From Phycisphaerales bacterium (GTDB lineage Bacteria > Planctomycetota > Phycisphaerae > UBA1845), in the NCBI GenBank assembly GCA_020852275.1, contig JADZBE010000026.1:192338-256337 (forward strand): DNA of 64,000 bases, in the 5' to 3' direction. The notes under the pieces are model-generated. The model searched no databases. It worked only from the letters and a program-made list of their open reading frames with translations, and was not told the origin of the DNA. Positions 1 to 8,781 of this stretch are shown in pieces. The translations under genes were made by a program, and so were the position numbers. How positions within the stretch are numbered: position 1 is the first letter of the stretch; each line of letters opens with the position of its first letter.

Positions 1-622
1 CGCGATCGCGCTTCGGCGGAGGCACTTCATAATCCAGCCGGATCATCTTCCGCCCCGGTTGCAGCGTCTTTCCGACAAGCTCGCCGGAAGGCCCGTACAC
101 GAAGACCGGCGCGGGTTCCGTGAACTCGCCCACTTGCAGGAGCAGCGGCAGACCCGCCTGGAGCGTCTGCGTGGCGATGGCCGTCGTTGCCTGCGAAGAC
201 TTCAGGATGGCCTGCATCGGCTCCCACGCCTCCGCCGACGCCACGCCCATGCGCACGCCGTTCTGCGCCAGGACCGGCGCGACGGCCGGATCGACGCGCA
301 TCTCATCCACGTGGTTCCACAGGTTCAGCGAGTGTCGCAGCGGCGCGGACGGCAGCTCGACGCGCAGCAGATCAAACTGCACGAGCAGGATCTCGGTCGT
401 CGGCTCGGATGGATCGGGCGGTTGCGTGAACTCCGCGAAGGGGTGCTGGGGCGCGTCGCCGCCGGACGCCGGTTTCGCGGAGGAGGGCGCCGCGGACGGG
501 CGCTGCACAAAAGGCCAGCCCCAAGGCCAGTCGCGCATCTGCTCACAACCGGCCAGACTCAGCGCCGCCGCCAGAGCGAGGACCGATGCCGATCGACGGA
601 GAACGCCATTGCCGCGCTGCAT
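1..622 (-). CDS. lipoprotein of unknown function (N-terminal part; 3' end lies left of the window)
   Basis: My own reverse-strand translation from the ATG at 620-622 stays open to nt 1: MQRGNGVLRRSASVLALAAALSLAGCEQMRDWPWG... It has a signal peptide and an L-A-G-C lipobox, with strong G/C third-position bias. It is not in the ORF track because its stop is outside the window. Confidence 0.6.
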   Translation of the reverse strand, partial: MQRGNGVLRRSASVLALAAALSLAGCEQMRDWPWGWPFVQRPSAAPSSAKPASGGDAPQHPFAEFTQPPDPSEPTTEILLVQFDLLRVELPSAPLRHSLNLWNHVDEMRVDPAVAPVLAQNGVRMGVASAEAWEPMQAILKSSQATTAIATQTLQAGLPLLLQVGEFTEPAPVFVYGPSGELVGKTLQPGRKMIRLDYEVPPPKRDR

Positions 623-772
623 GACCATGCCTGATAACCGGCGGTCACGTTAGCGCCGCGCCGCGCCAGGGTCAAGCCGGCGGCTGAACCCTCGTTCGTT
701 GAATTGCCTGGCGGGCGGTTCGGCGCTTCCTTGATTCCGCGTCCGCGCGTGCCCTTCCGGGTACAAATCCGT

Positions 773-1897
773 ATGATCGCCCAGAAGACCATGAAAGCGT
801 CGGCGGGACAGAGCGGGGAGCGCATGTTCGCACTGCTGCACCAGGCGGCGCAGCGCGAGGCGTCCGACGTGCACCTCGTGCCGGGCTACCCGGTGATGCT
901 TCGCATTCACGGCGACCTCATCAAGGCCTGCGAGGACGCGCTCGACGGGCACGACGTGCGCGAGATGATCAAGGCCGTGCTGCCGGCGTCGCTGGTGGCG
1001 CAGGTCGAGACGCGCAAGAACATCGACGCGTCGATGGAGATCGAGCACGAAGGCAAGCCCTGCCGGTTTCGCGGCAACATCTTCTACGCCGGCGGCGAAG
1101 TGGGCGTCTGCCTGCGGCACGTGCCCAACGACATTCCGCCCTTCGACTGGATGGGCTTTCCCGAGCCACTGGCGGACAAGCTCGTCCACTTCCCCAACGG
1201 GCTGGTGTTCGTCACCGGCGTGACCGGATCGGGCAAGACCACCACGCTGGCGGCGATGATCGACCTGCTCAACCGCGAGGGCGGCACGCGCATCATCACC
1301 ATCGAGGAGCCGATTGAGTACATCCACCCCAAGATCAGCTCGACGGTCATCACCCAGCGCGAGATCGGGCGCGACGTGGACTCGTTCCTCGACGGGCTGA
1401 AATACGGACTGCGCCAGGACCCGGACGTGATCCTGATCGGCGAGATCCGCGACAGCGAGACGGCATCGATGGCGCTGTCCGCGGCGGAGACCGGGCACCT
1501 GATTCTCAGCACCATGCACACGCGCGACGCGAAGGGGGCGATCACCCGCTTCGTCGATCTGTTCCCGCACGACGCGCATGACGACGTGCGCGTGCAGCTT
1601 TCGCTCAGCCTCCGCGCGGTGGTCAGCCAGCACCTGCTGCCGTCGGCGGTCGAGGGCGAGAAGCGCGTCCTCGCCCTGGAGATCATGCACGTCAACAACC
1701 CCGTGCGCATCGGCATCCGCTTCGGCAAGATCGATTCGATCGAGTCGGCGATCCAGACGGGAAGGCGCGACGGGATGATGTCGCTGGACGAGCACCTCGA
1801 GCAGCTCGCGCGCGGGGGGCGCATCACGCCGACGACGGCGCTGCGTTATTGCAAGGATCCCGACGCGCTCTCCGCGCGGCTCGGTCCGGCGCGGTGA
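773..1897 (+). CDS. pilT: type IV pilus retraction ATPase, PilT family
   Basis: ORF 704-1897. Motifs: Walker A GVTGSGKTTT, DVILIGEIRD, STMHT His-box, and the C-terminal PVRIGIRFGKIDSIESAIQTG motif (PilT AIRNLIREGK type). Start placed at ATG 773; 791 or 824 are equally possible. Confidence 0.85.
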   Translation: MIAQKTMKASAGQSGERMFALLHQAAQREASDVHLVPGYPVMLRIHGDLIKACEDALDGHDVREMIKAVLPASLVAQVETRKNIDASMEIEHEGKPCRFRGNIFYAGGEVGVCLRHVPNDIPPFDWMGFPEPLADKLVHFPNGLVFVTGVTGSGKTTTLAAMIDLLNREGGTRIITIEEPIEYIHPKISSTVITQREIGRDVDSFLDGLKYGLRQDPDVILIGEIRDSETASMALSAAETGHLILSTMHTRDAKGAITRFVDLFPHDAHDDVRVQLSLSLRAVVSQHLLPSAVEGEKRVLALEIMHVNNPVRIGIRFGKIDSIESAIQTGRRDGMMSLDEHLEQLARGGRITPTTALRYCKDPDALSARLGPAR

Positions 1898-2067
1898 GGC
1901 GAGCATGGCATCAAGCCGCGATCCGAAGCTCGCGGCTCGCTGGAGCGAAGTCCGCCGGCGCTTCTTCGATGCACATCCAGAGGATCTTCAGACCCAGCCC
2001 CAAACGTGCCGAGGAGGCTGCGCGCCACGCCTTCGGTCGGGGCAGAACGGGCGTCGGAATCCCAACA

Positions 2068-2331
2068 TCAGCGCCGCTTGGAGTTCCCGTTCACGCGCTC
2101 GTCGAGTTCGCTGAACTGCACGATGTGCATGAGCGAAATCGTACGCCAATGTTCGGCAATGCGGCGACCATCCTCGTCTTTGCTGAACCGGCTGGGAAGG
2201 ACCGCTGACGCCCGGCCCACGATGACCATTCCGGGTTCTTGCACCTCGAGCAGCGTGCCGTCACTCACATGCAGCCTGAAGGGTTTGAAGGGTACGCCTT
2301 CGAGTCGATCCAGAAGATCAGCAGGTCGCAT
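2068..2331 (-). CDS. small hypothetical protein (87 aa)
   Basis: ATG-started ORF with ordinary amino-acid composition and G/C-biased third positions. It is co-directional with the upstream minus-strand genes. No motif recognised. Confidence 0.5.
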   Translation of the reverse strand: MRPADLLDRLEGVPFKPFRLHVSDGTLLEVQEPGMVIVGRASAVLPSRFSKDEDGRRIAEHWRTISLMHIVQFSELDERVNGNSKRR

Positions 2332-2455
2332 AATCCACCCCCGTCGGTTACCGAAGATTGTATACGCTCGACCGCGCGAGCCAAAAGCCCGCGTGGCGGT
2401 AGAACCCGCTTCCTTGCGGATGCGGCTCGGAAGGAACGCCTAGCCAACCTCGACG

Positions 2456-3001
2456 TCAGCCTCGTCGGCCGGCGGTATCTGCATCCCACGGCTCCCCGCG
2501 CCAGGCATGAATCACCGGCGCCAGTTGCCGCGCGAGGTCCGCCTCGTCCCCACCCAGCAGGAGGAGCAGGCGCTCGCGGAGGGGAAACGGACACTCGGGG
2601 TGCGTCATTCGCGGCAGCAGCGTCTGCCTCTGGTGGTTCTCCGGCAGATGAGCTTCAAACTGGTCGGATTCGAGGTCGTCCTCGTCCAGCTCGAAGAGGT
2701 AAACGGCGCGGAGGCGCGCCGCGTCAAGCCGCAAAGACCCGAAGGGGCCCAGCGCCAGCACCAGCTCGCGCTCGCCGGCTTCGATCCCGACCCTTCCGGG
2801 CCAACCCGCCAGCGCCAGCCATCGCGTTCCGCGCCACGCCAGCCACAGTCCCAGCCCCGCCACGGGCAACAGCGCGGCCAGCAGCGCGTAGTCCTCGATT
2901 CGATTCGACGCCCCCGAGGGCGTGAAGCGGATCGCCGGCGCCGCCAGCCGCAACAGGAGGTAACACCCACCTGCGGCAAGGGCATAAAAAGCGAACCGCA
3001 T
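2456..3001 (-). CDS. membrane protein, unknown function
   Basis: ORF 2456-3223. Start set at the internal Met (MRFAFYALAAGGCYLLLRL...) because the upstream codons are R/P-rich and would overlap the 3' end of the preceding gene. Two or three hydrophobic helices are followed by a soluble acidic domain. A GTG at 3100 is an alternative start. Confidence 0.5.
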   Translation of the reverse strand: MRFAFYALAAGGCYLLLRLAAPAIRFTPSGASNRIEDYALLAALLPVAGLGLWLAWRGTRWLALAGWPGRVGIEAGERELVLALGPFGSLRLDAARLRAVYLFELDEDDLESDQFEAHLPENHQRQTLLPRMTHPECPFPLRERLLLLLGGDEADLARQLAPVIHAWRGEPWDADTAGRRG

Positions 3002-3132
3002 CGCGGCGCGGACGCGCGAGACGGGCAGCACGATCGGCGAAATGCCCCCATTCGAAGACGGCGCACCTTGCTGCTGATCCCGCGCGATTGAGTCAGTCAC
3101 GTTTGGCAGCTTGTGCAAGGTTTCCCGCCAGG

Positions 3133-3804
3133 TCAATGCGGGAGCGCGTCGAGCGCGTTTTCGATCGCTCGGCGGATGCGGCGGTGAACGTCCTCGCCCT
3201 GGTGGAGATGACGCCACGTCCACGGCGGGCGGTCTTCATGCTGCAGCACGAACGTAATGCTGCTGAGGCGGAAGAGCTTCTCGTGCGCGGCAGCCGTAAG
3301 ATATGTATTGCGCACCTCTATCAGCGGCGCCGAGGTGACGCGCGGCGCGCGGATGCCGTGAATCTCCAGCACGCGCCGGTTCGTCAGCACGTACCACGTC
3401 GCGCTCCAGCGGACCACGGCGTACACCAGCCGAAGCGCGGCGGCGCCGATGAACATCTGCGCAGCCGTCTGTGGTGCAAGCCTCAGCGGCGAGGCGCCGG
3501 TCCAGAGGACGCCGATCGCCAGCAGCAGCAGCACGACCAGCCAGCGCGCCGAATCAAATACGGGCGACAACACGGACGGTTTCACCGCGAGGATGATGAT
3601 CTCGCCGCCATCGAGCGCCTCGAGGGGGAACCGGAGAATGGCCGGCGTTGCCGCGGCCTGGGTGGAGGCGTCCAGCGTGGACGCGGCAAAGTGCTCCATG
3701 CACGGGCGCGGAGAATTCGCCGACGTGCGGCGCCGACTTTCGCGGCGCCTAGGGGGCTGGGACTTGAACTCATCGCCTGTCGCACACATGGCAACCATCA
3801 TCAT
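3133..3804 (-). CDS. bPH_2 (YdbS/YdbT-like, DUF304) membrane protein
   Basis: Pattern GEIIILAVKPS...two TM helices...WYVLTNRRVLEIHGIRAPRVTSAPLIEVRN is typical of bacterial PH (bPH_2) domains. Three consecutive ATGs (3804, 3801, 3798) overlap the TGA stop (3801-3803) of the upstream glycosyltransferase, which indicates translational coupling. Confidence 0.7.
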   Translation of the reverse strand: MMMVAMCATGDEFKSQPPRRRESRRRTSANSPRPCMEHFAASTLDASTQAAATPAILRFPLEALDGGEIIILAVKPSVLSPVFDSARWLVVLLLLAIGVLWTGASPLRLAPQTAAQMFIGAAALRLVYAVVRWSATWYVLTNRRVLEIHGIRAPRVTSAPLIEVRNTYLTAAAHEKLFRLSSITFVLQHEDRPPWTWRHLHQGEDVHRRIRRAIENALDALPH

Positions 3805-5183
3805 ACCCTTATCCGAGCGGATGCAACAATCATGCCATTGGCCGCTCCCCCCGGTCGTGCGGCATCCAGATTGACGCCGCCGGGCGCTCCGCGCCAAAGG
3901 GAAACGTGGGGCACGCCGCGGACGCTGATTTCCATCGGTTTATCGGCAGACGCCGCATGCGTGCTCTGCTGCGGCAGCACGCCGCGATGCCGGAGCATCG
4001 AAACAAGCTGCCGGATTCTGCGGCTGTACAAGTGATCGCGCAGCGTGCGGCGCTGCCCGGCCGCGGCGATTGCCAACCGCTTTTCCGGATGCGCGACGTA
4101 GTATCGGACTTTCTCCAGCAGTTCCCGCTCGTTGCGGAAGGCCTCGCACTCCTTGCCGACTTCGAAGCACTGCGGCAGCTCCGGCGTCCAGTAGGTCAAC
4201 AGGAAGCCGCCCACGGCCGTCACCTCGAAATGCCGCAGATTCAGTCCTCCTTCAAGGCAGCCCTTCACGAGATTGAGGCAGATGGGAACTTCGCGCATGC
4301 GGCGGTAGAGTTCGTCGTAGTCGCGGATCGTGGGTTTCTGGGGCAACCCGTGGTCCTTGTCCCAGAAGTCGCCGATCAACTCGAACCGATCGCCGAGGTG
4401 CCTTGAAAGGAAGATGGCAAAGCGATCGCGCTGCCGCACGGCCAGCCACGCGTTGTACACGAACTTGGCGTTAAAGTAGTCGGCACTCTTGCGCGCGCGG
4501 ACGTCAGGCGGCTCGTTCGCCGTGACGGATTCGCCGAATCCGTACAGCTCGTGATACACATGGTGAAACGGCGTTCCGGGCGCATCCGCATTCACCGCCG
4601 CCGCCATGAAACCGGGGAAAAGTTGCCGCGGAAGGACCGGGTTCTGCGAACGGAACCAGGAGGTGGCCGGGTGCCCCATGAACGCGACCACCGGGCCGTC
4701 CACGCGCGGGCTGGGCGGCGAAGTGTCGAAGTCGCGGTCGGCGATGGCCATGGGAAGTTGGATCACCTGGGGGATGCCCAGTCGTGTCAGCTCGTCCGCA
4801 TGGGGCGCCTCCCAGACGGCTTTCACCCACGACGGCCGCTCGAGCATGGCCCAGTGCTGCGCCCAGGGGACCTTGTTCATCGTGGAGGTGACCGGGTCGA
4901 TGTACAGCGTGACGTAGGGAATCCCGCAGAATTCGGCCGTCAGCGTGACCTCGTTAGGCCGTCCCGGCACGGGGGAGAGCGTCAGCACCGACGTGTCCAC
5001 GTCGAGGAGCAGGTCCACGCGCTCCCGCCGCAGGAAAGGCTCGATGATCGCGCCATCCGCCAGCCGGCGTTCCATGCCCCGATGAATGTCCTCGTCCGGC
5101 AGCGCGGGCAGAAGAATCCCCTCGTATCCCGCCGCCCGGACGGAGGCGATCATCTGCGAAGTCGTGGCGATGCGCAGCGGCAT
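3801..5183 (-). CDS. CgeB-like glycosyltransferase (DUF3880 + Glyco_trans_1_2 type)
   Basis: The C-terminal half reads GLNLRHFEVTAVGGFLLTYWTPELPQCFEVGKECEAFRNERELLEKVRYYVAHPEKRLAIAAAGQRRTLRDHLYSRR, the CgeB/Glyco_trans_1_2 signature. Start set at ATG 5183 (MPLRIATTSQ...). The upstream part of track ORF 3801-5495 is R/P-rich and overlaps the neighbouring gene. Confidence 0.75.
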   Translation of the reverse strand: MPLRIATTSQMIASVRAAGYEGILLPALPDEDIHRGMERRLADGAIIEPFLRRERVDLLLDVDTSVLTLSPVPGRPNEVTLTAEFCGIPYVTLYIDPVTSTMNKVPWAQHWAMLERPSWVKAVWEAPHADELTRLGIPQVIQLPMAIADRDFDTSPPSPRVDGPVVAFMGHPATSWFRSQNPVLPRQLFPGFMAAAVNADAPGTPFHHVYHELYGFGESVTANEPPDVRARKSADYFNAKFVYNAWLAVRQRDRFAIFLSRHLGDRFELIGDFWDKDHGLPQKPTIRDYDELYRRMREVPICLNLVKGCLEGGLNLRHFEVTAVGGFLLTYWTPELPQCFEVGKECEAFRNERELLEKVRYYVAHPEKRLAIAAAGQRRTLRDHLYSRRIRQLVSMLRHRGVLPQQSTHAASADKPMEISVRGVPHVSLWRGAPGGVNLDAARPGGAANGMIVASARIRV

Positions 5184-5206
5184 GGAAGCGTCCCGTCGGG
5201 TCTGAA

Positions 5207-6496
5207 TCAGGGCGACGCCGCGCCGGCGACTTCGCGCCGGCCTTCGCGTGAGGCGACCAGTTGCGGCCCGGGTTTTTCCTTGTGCGCCTGCACGGCGGTC
5301 ATCAGCGTGTGCAGCCGGTGGCTGTAGAGGTGGTTGGAGAGCGTGCGACGCTGCCCCGCGCGGGCGATCTCGGCGCGGCGCTGCGGGTTCTCCAGGTAGT
5401 ACTCGATCTTCGCCAGCAGCTCCGTCTCGCTGCGGAACACGTCGCATTCTTCGCCCACGACGAAGCACTCCTCCAGCTCCGGCTGCGCGTAGCACAGCAG
5501 GAAGCCGCCGGCCGCGGTGATCTCGAAATGCCGCATGTTCAGCCCCGTTTCAGCGTTGCCGTTGACCAGGTTGATGTTGATGGCGGTCTCGCGGAAGTGC
5601 TTGAAGTAATCGTCGTCGGAAAGCTGCGGCGCACACGTCAGTCCGTAAGCGGTGTCCCAGCCGCGCCCGATCAAGTGGAACAGATCGCCGAGCTGACGCT
5701 TCAGGAAAATGGCAAAGCGGTCGCGGTTGCGGATGCACAGCGAGGCGTGGTAGAAGAGCTTGGCGGCGAAATACCGCTGGAGTCGCTCACACCGTTCCTT
5801 CGGCGGATCGTCGCCGCGAATCGCCGGTCCCAGCGCGTACAAGTCTTGATACACGTCGAAGAACGTCACATCTGCCAGGTCCGCCCGCACCGCGGACGCC
5901 AGCGCGCCGGGCAGAAGCTGCTCTCCGGTGACTTGCACGCCGGCCTTGAAGTAATTCGTGTTCTGCCCGCCGACGAAGGACACCGCGCGGCGGATGTCGT
6001 CCGTGCTCACCGGGGCGTCGACGTAGTCTCGATCCGGCGCGGCCATCGGCAGGTGAACCACGTTCGGAACGCCGAACAACTCCAGCTCCCGCGCGTGCGC
6101 CCGATCCCAAACCGCCTTCACCCACGTGCGGCTGGCCATCGAGAGCCACAGCACCTGCCAGGGCAGTCCCTGAAAACAGACGTGGACCGGGTCGATGAAA
6201 TGCGAGACGAGGAGCTTGTCCGCGCGCTCGTGCAGCAGGTGCAGGTCGTTTTCGCCGTTGGGTCCGGTGACGAAGTTCAGCCCCGCGCCGCCGTTGTCCA
6301 GCCAGAAGCCGGCGTCCACCGCGCGGCCGCCTCGCTGGACTTCCGCACCGACGCGCACGCGCCCCGCCACGTCAGCGGCGTAGGCGTTTCCGTCTTCGGG
6401 CACGGCGATGGGCAGGAGCGACGCCTCAGCCCCCAACTTCGCCGCGGCCTGGTCCCACCATCCGCCCCCGAACACCGCGATGGAAAGTGTGTGCAT
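5207..6496 (-). CDS. CgeB-like glycosyltransferase, paralogue of 3801-5183
   Basis: It has the same architecture and colinear motifs as 3801-5183: WVKAVWDRAHARELELFGVPNVVHLPMAA, RDRFAIFLKRQLGD, GLNMRHFEITAAGGFLLCYAQPELEECFVVGEECDVFRSETELLAKIEYYLENPQRRAEIARAGQRRTL. It lies 23 nt upstream of its paralogue. Confidence 0.75.
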   Translation of the reverse strand: MHTLSIAVFGGGWWDQAAAKLGAEASLLPIAVPEDGNAYAADVAGRVRVGAEVQRGGRAVDAGFWLDNGGAGLNFVTGPNGENDLHLLHERADKLLVSHFIDPVHVCFQGLPWQVLWLSMASRTWVKAVWDRAHARELELFGVPNVVHLPMAAPDRDYVDAPVSTDDIRRAVSFVGGQNTNYFKAGVQVTGEQLLPGALASAVRADLADVTFFDVYQDLYALGPAIRGDDPPKERCERLQRYFAAKLFYHASLCIRNRDRFAIFLKRQLGDLFHLIGRGWDTAYGLTCAPQLSDDDYFKHFRETAININLVNGNAETGLNMRHFEITAAGGFLLCYAQPELEECFVVGEECDVFRSETELLAKIEYYLENPQRRAEIARAGQRRTLSNHLYSHRLHTLMTAVQAHKEKPGPQLVASREGRREVAGAASP

Positions 6497-6642
6497 AACC
6501 GAGACTTATCGGTCATTCCGCTTCATCAACGTAACGTCGGCGGTTTTCGCCGGTTGGGGGGTCAACCTTGATTCCTGGCGCGCGATATAATCTTGCAATG
6601 TTATCGGGCGCGGATCGGACGGTTCATTCGCAGGCAGTAGTC

Positions 6643-7236
6643 ATGGGTGCACTGCGGAAGCAAGCGTGGGGGATGCCGACGGCGGGTCTGGTGGTGGTGG
6701 GGGGGGCCATGCATTTACTTGCCGCGGCGCCGACGGCGCATCAACCGCCTCCACAAAGTGCGCAGGCGACGGCTGAAGAGAAGCCCATCCCGGTGTACGT
6801 CTCCTGGATCGGCGCCGACAGCCGCATCGAGAAGCCGGAATACTTGCGCATCACCACGGCGGAAGAGTGGGCCAAGGTCTGGCACGAACACAAGGGAACC
6901 ACGCCGATGAACGGCGGGCATGGCGACCTCGCCGTGCCGCGGATCGACTTCTCCGCCTGTTTCGTGATCGCCGTGTTCCAGGGCAAGAGCTTCAACAGCA
7001 ACGGCGTGCAGGTCGTCTCGGCCGCCGAGGACCACGGACGGATGCGCGTGCGTTTCGACGACCTGTCGTACCAGACGATGGGCCCGGACGGCGGCGGCGT
7101 CGAGGTGTCCGCCTACGGCTTGTTTGTCCTGCAGAAAGCGAGCAAGCCCGTGGTTCTCGAAGAAGACGTGCAGGGGCTGATCGGCCAGCCGCCCAAGTGG
7201 AAGGAACGCGCGCGGTTCGAGGCGAGTCTCCCCTGA
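6643..7236 (+). CDS. secreted protein, PrcB-C-like domain (tentative)
   Basis: ORF 6568-7236. Start set at MGALRKQAWGMPTAGLVVVGGAMHLLAAA (signal-like). The core AEEWAKVWHEH...PRIDFSACFVIAVFQGKSFNSNGVQVVSAAEDHGRMRVRF...VSAYGLFVLQKASKPVVL resembles the PrcB C-terminal domain pattern from memory. Confidence 0.6.
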   Translation: MGALRKQAWGMPTAGLVVVGGAMHLLAAAPTAHQPPPQSAQATAEEKPIPVYVSWIGADSRIEKPEYLRITTAEEWAKVWHEHKGTTPMNGGHGDLAVPRIDFSACFVIAVFQGKSFNSNGVQVVSAAEDHGRMRVRFDDLSYQTMGPDGGGVEVSAYGLFVLQKASKPVVLEEDVQGLIGQPPKWKERARFEASLP

Positions 7237-7260
7237 CAGTCCGCGGCGAAGGCTGCGTTC

Positions 7261-7332
7261 GTCATTCCCGCGCCGGCGGGAATCCAGAAGTTTGCCCCAG
7301 CGCCCTGGACCCCCGCCTGCGCGGGGGTGACG
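7261..7332. repeat. REP-like hairpin family R2 (GGATTCCCGC-N4-GCGGGAATGAC), two inverted copies
   Basis: gtcattcccgcgccggcgggaatccag (7261-7287) plus the variant ggacccccgcctgcgcgggggtgac (7305-7332). Each has a 7-bp G/C stem. They lie between convergent genes. Confidence 0.8.
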
Positions 7333-7386
7333 ATGCCTGCGCCCGGTTTCAAATTCCGCCCCGTGCTGCTTGCGAGAAGGCGAACC

Positions 7387-8193
7387 TCAGCTTACCTGCG
7401 ACAAAAGATCGAGCACGTTCTCCGGCAGCGCGCGTGCGATTCTCAACGACTGCGTCGCGGCCTTGCGGAGGATCTGGGCGCGATTCAGGTTGGACGTCTC
7501 AAGCGCGTACTCGGTGTCCGCGATCCGGCTGCGCGACTCCATGAGGTTTTCCATCGCCACGCGGCTGCTGTTGATGTCCGCCTCCAGCGAGTAGCGCTGA
7601 TACGCGCCGACCGCGCCGCGCAGCTCCGCGGCCTTGGACACCACGGTGCTCACGCGCGACATCGCCTCCTCAACCTCTCCGCTGGACACGGAGTGCTCCC
7701 CGCCGGATGCGACGGATCGAAGCTCTGTCAGCGCGGTGGAAAGCTCGCTGGAAAGCTCGCCCACCTGGTCGTCAGGGAGGTTCAAACCTTCGAGCCGCTC
7801 CATCGCCGGACCCGCGGCCCGCTCTATGGAACTGACGAGACTGTCAATCTCGGTCTGGTAAGCAGCCTGCTCTTCCTCGGAGATTCCGCCGGAATTAGCG
7901 GCCGCGACGAGCTTGCCCGCAAGTTCAGAGGAGAGATCGGACACCTGCGAAAGCCCGCCTTCGGCGATGGCGGCGTAGCTGTCGATGCGAGCCGCGTTCG
8001 CCTGCTCCGCCTCCAACATGCGGATCTCGGCGGTGAGCGCCTCGGTGGCGATCAAGCCCGCGGGGTCGTCGGCGCCCGAGTTGATGCGCCGCCCGGTGGA
8101 CAGCCGCGTCATGGAAGTGCGCAGCGACCGGTCGGCATCATCAAACGCGCGCAGCGCACGCATCAGTCCGGATGTGCTCAGCAGCGTACTCAT
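7387..8193 (-). CDS. flagellin-family protein (short FliC/FlgL-like, 268 aa)
   Basis: The N-terminus RLSTGRRINSGADDPAGLIATEAL and the C-terminus SRIADTEYALETSNLNRAQILRKAATQSL match the conserved flagellin N and C helices. There is no hypervariable middle domain. Confidence 0.85.
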   Translation of the reverse strand: MSTLLSTSGLMRALRAFDDADRSLRTSMTRLSTGRRINSGADDPAGLIATEALTAEIRMLEAEQANAARIDSYAAIAEGGLSQVSDLSSELAGKLVAAANSGGISEEEQAAYQTEIDSLVSSIERAAGPAMERLEGLNLPDDQVGELSSELSTALTELRSVASGGEHSVSSGEVEEAMSRVSTVVSKAAELRGAVGAYQRYSLEADINSSRVAMENLMESRSRIADTEYALETSNLNRAQILRKAATQSLRIARALPENVLDLLSQVS

Positions 8194-8270
8194 GCTGCAT
8201 GTGTTGTCGGATACGGCGGCAGGTTCTGCCAGTTTGACTCGGACTTATGGCGGGAGAATCGTGCTTATCG

Positions 8271-8558
8271 CTACAGACCCAGAAGGTCCGCAAGGCGCGC
8301 GACCGTGCCTTCGATCCGGGTCTTTGTCTCGAAGGAGCCGGATTCAATCTGATCCCGCAGCCTCGAAATCTTGGAGAACCGCGGCGGCGCCGCGCGCTGC
8401 GAAAGGGCGGAAGCGTGGTCCGAAAACTCGACGGCGTCGGCCGATGGTTCGGTCAGCGCCGGACCCGAATCTGCGAGAGGGCGCGTTTGAGGCGCGGCCG
8501 CCGGCATGGGCAGGACGAAAGGAACACGAGCAAGCAGATGAGTCTCGATGCGATTCAT
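8271..8558 (-). CDS. flgM: anti-sigma-28 factor FlgM
   Basis: These are the last 95 codons of track ORF 8271-8996, starting at ATG 8558 (MNRIETHLL...). The C-terminus ISRLRDQIESGSFETKTRIEGTVARLADLL matches the FlgM C-terminal helix pattern. It lies directly upstream of the flagellin gene. Confidence 0.7.
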   Translation of the reverse strand: MNRIETHLLARVPFVLPMPAAAPQTRPLADSGPALTEPSADAVEFSDHASALSQRAAPPRFSKISRLRDQIESGSFETKTRIEGTVARLADLLGL

Positions 8559-8781
8559 GGCGCTTCGCCTCCGAATCCGGCCACGGTGAACAAGAGTCCA
8601 GACGGCGTCTCCTTCCCTGGAGAGGCGCACGCCTTCCGCGCTCGTCCCGGGAAAACCCGGTTCGTTTCGGATTCGTCCTTGAATCGTCTGGCTGAACGTA
8701 CGGGGCAAGCGCCCTTGCCGGGAGGAGTCTCTCTCTCTCTCACTCTCTTCAGCGCCCACCCGATGTGTCCGTCCGATCATC

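Noticed and set aside
650-1906. Long antisense or alternative-frame ORFs that mirror real genes. Examples: 650-1906 (-) over pilT, 13404-14915 (-) over the DegT gene, 18326-20425 (-) over the kinase, 38284-39786 (-) over the GldG-like gene, 57935-59722 (-) over lepA, 10243-12042 (+) over the BNR gene, and 24299-26230 (-).
   Set aside because: Their translations are Arg/Ala/Gly/Pro-dominated with no motifs, and each overlaps a gene with clear family signatures. Stop-poor antisense frames are expected in GC-rich DNA.
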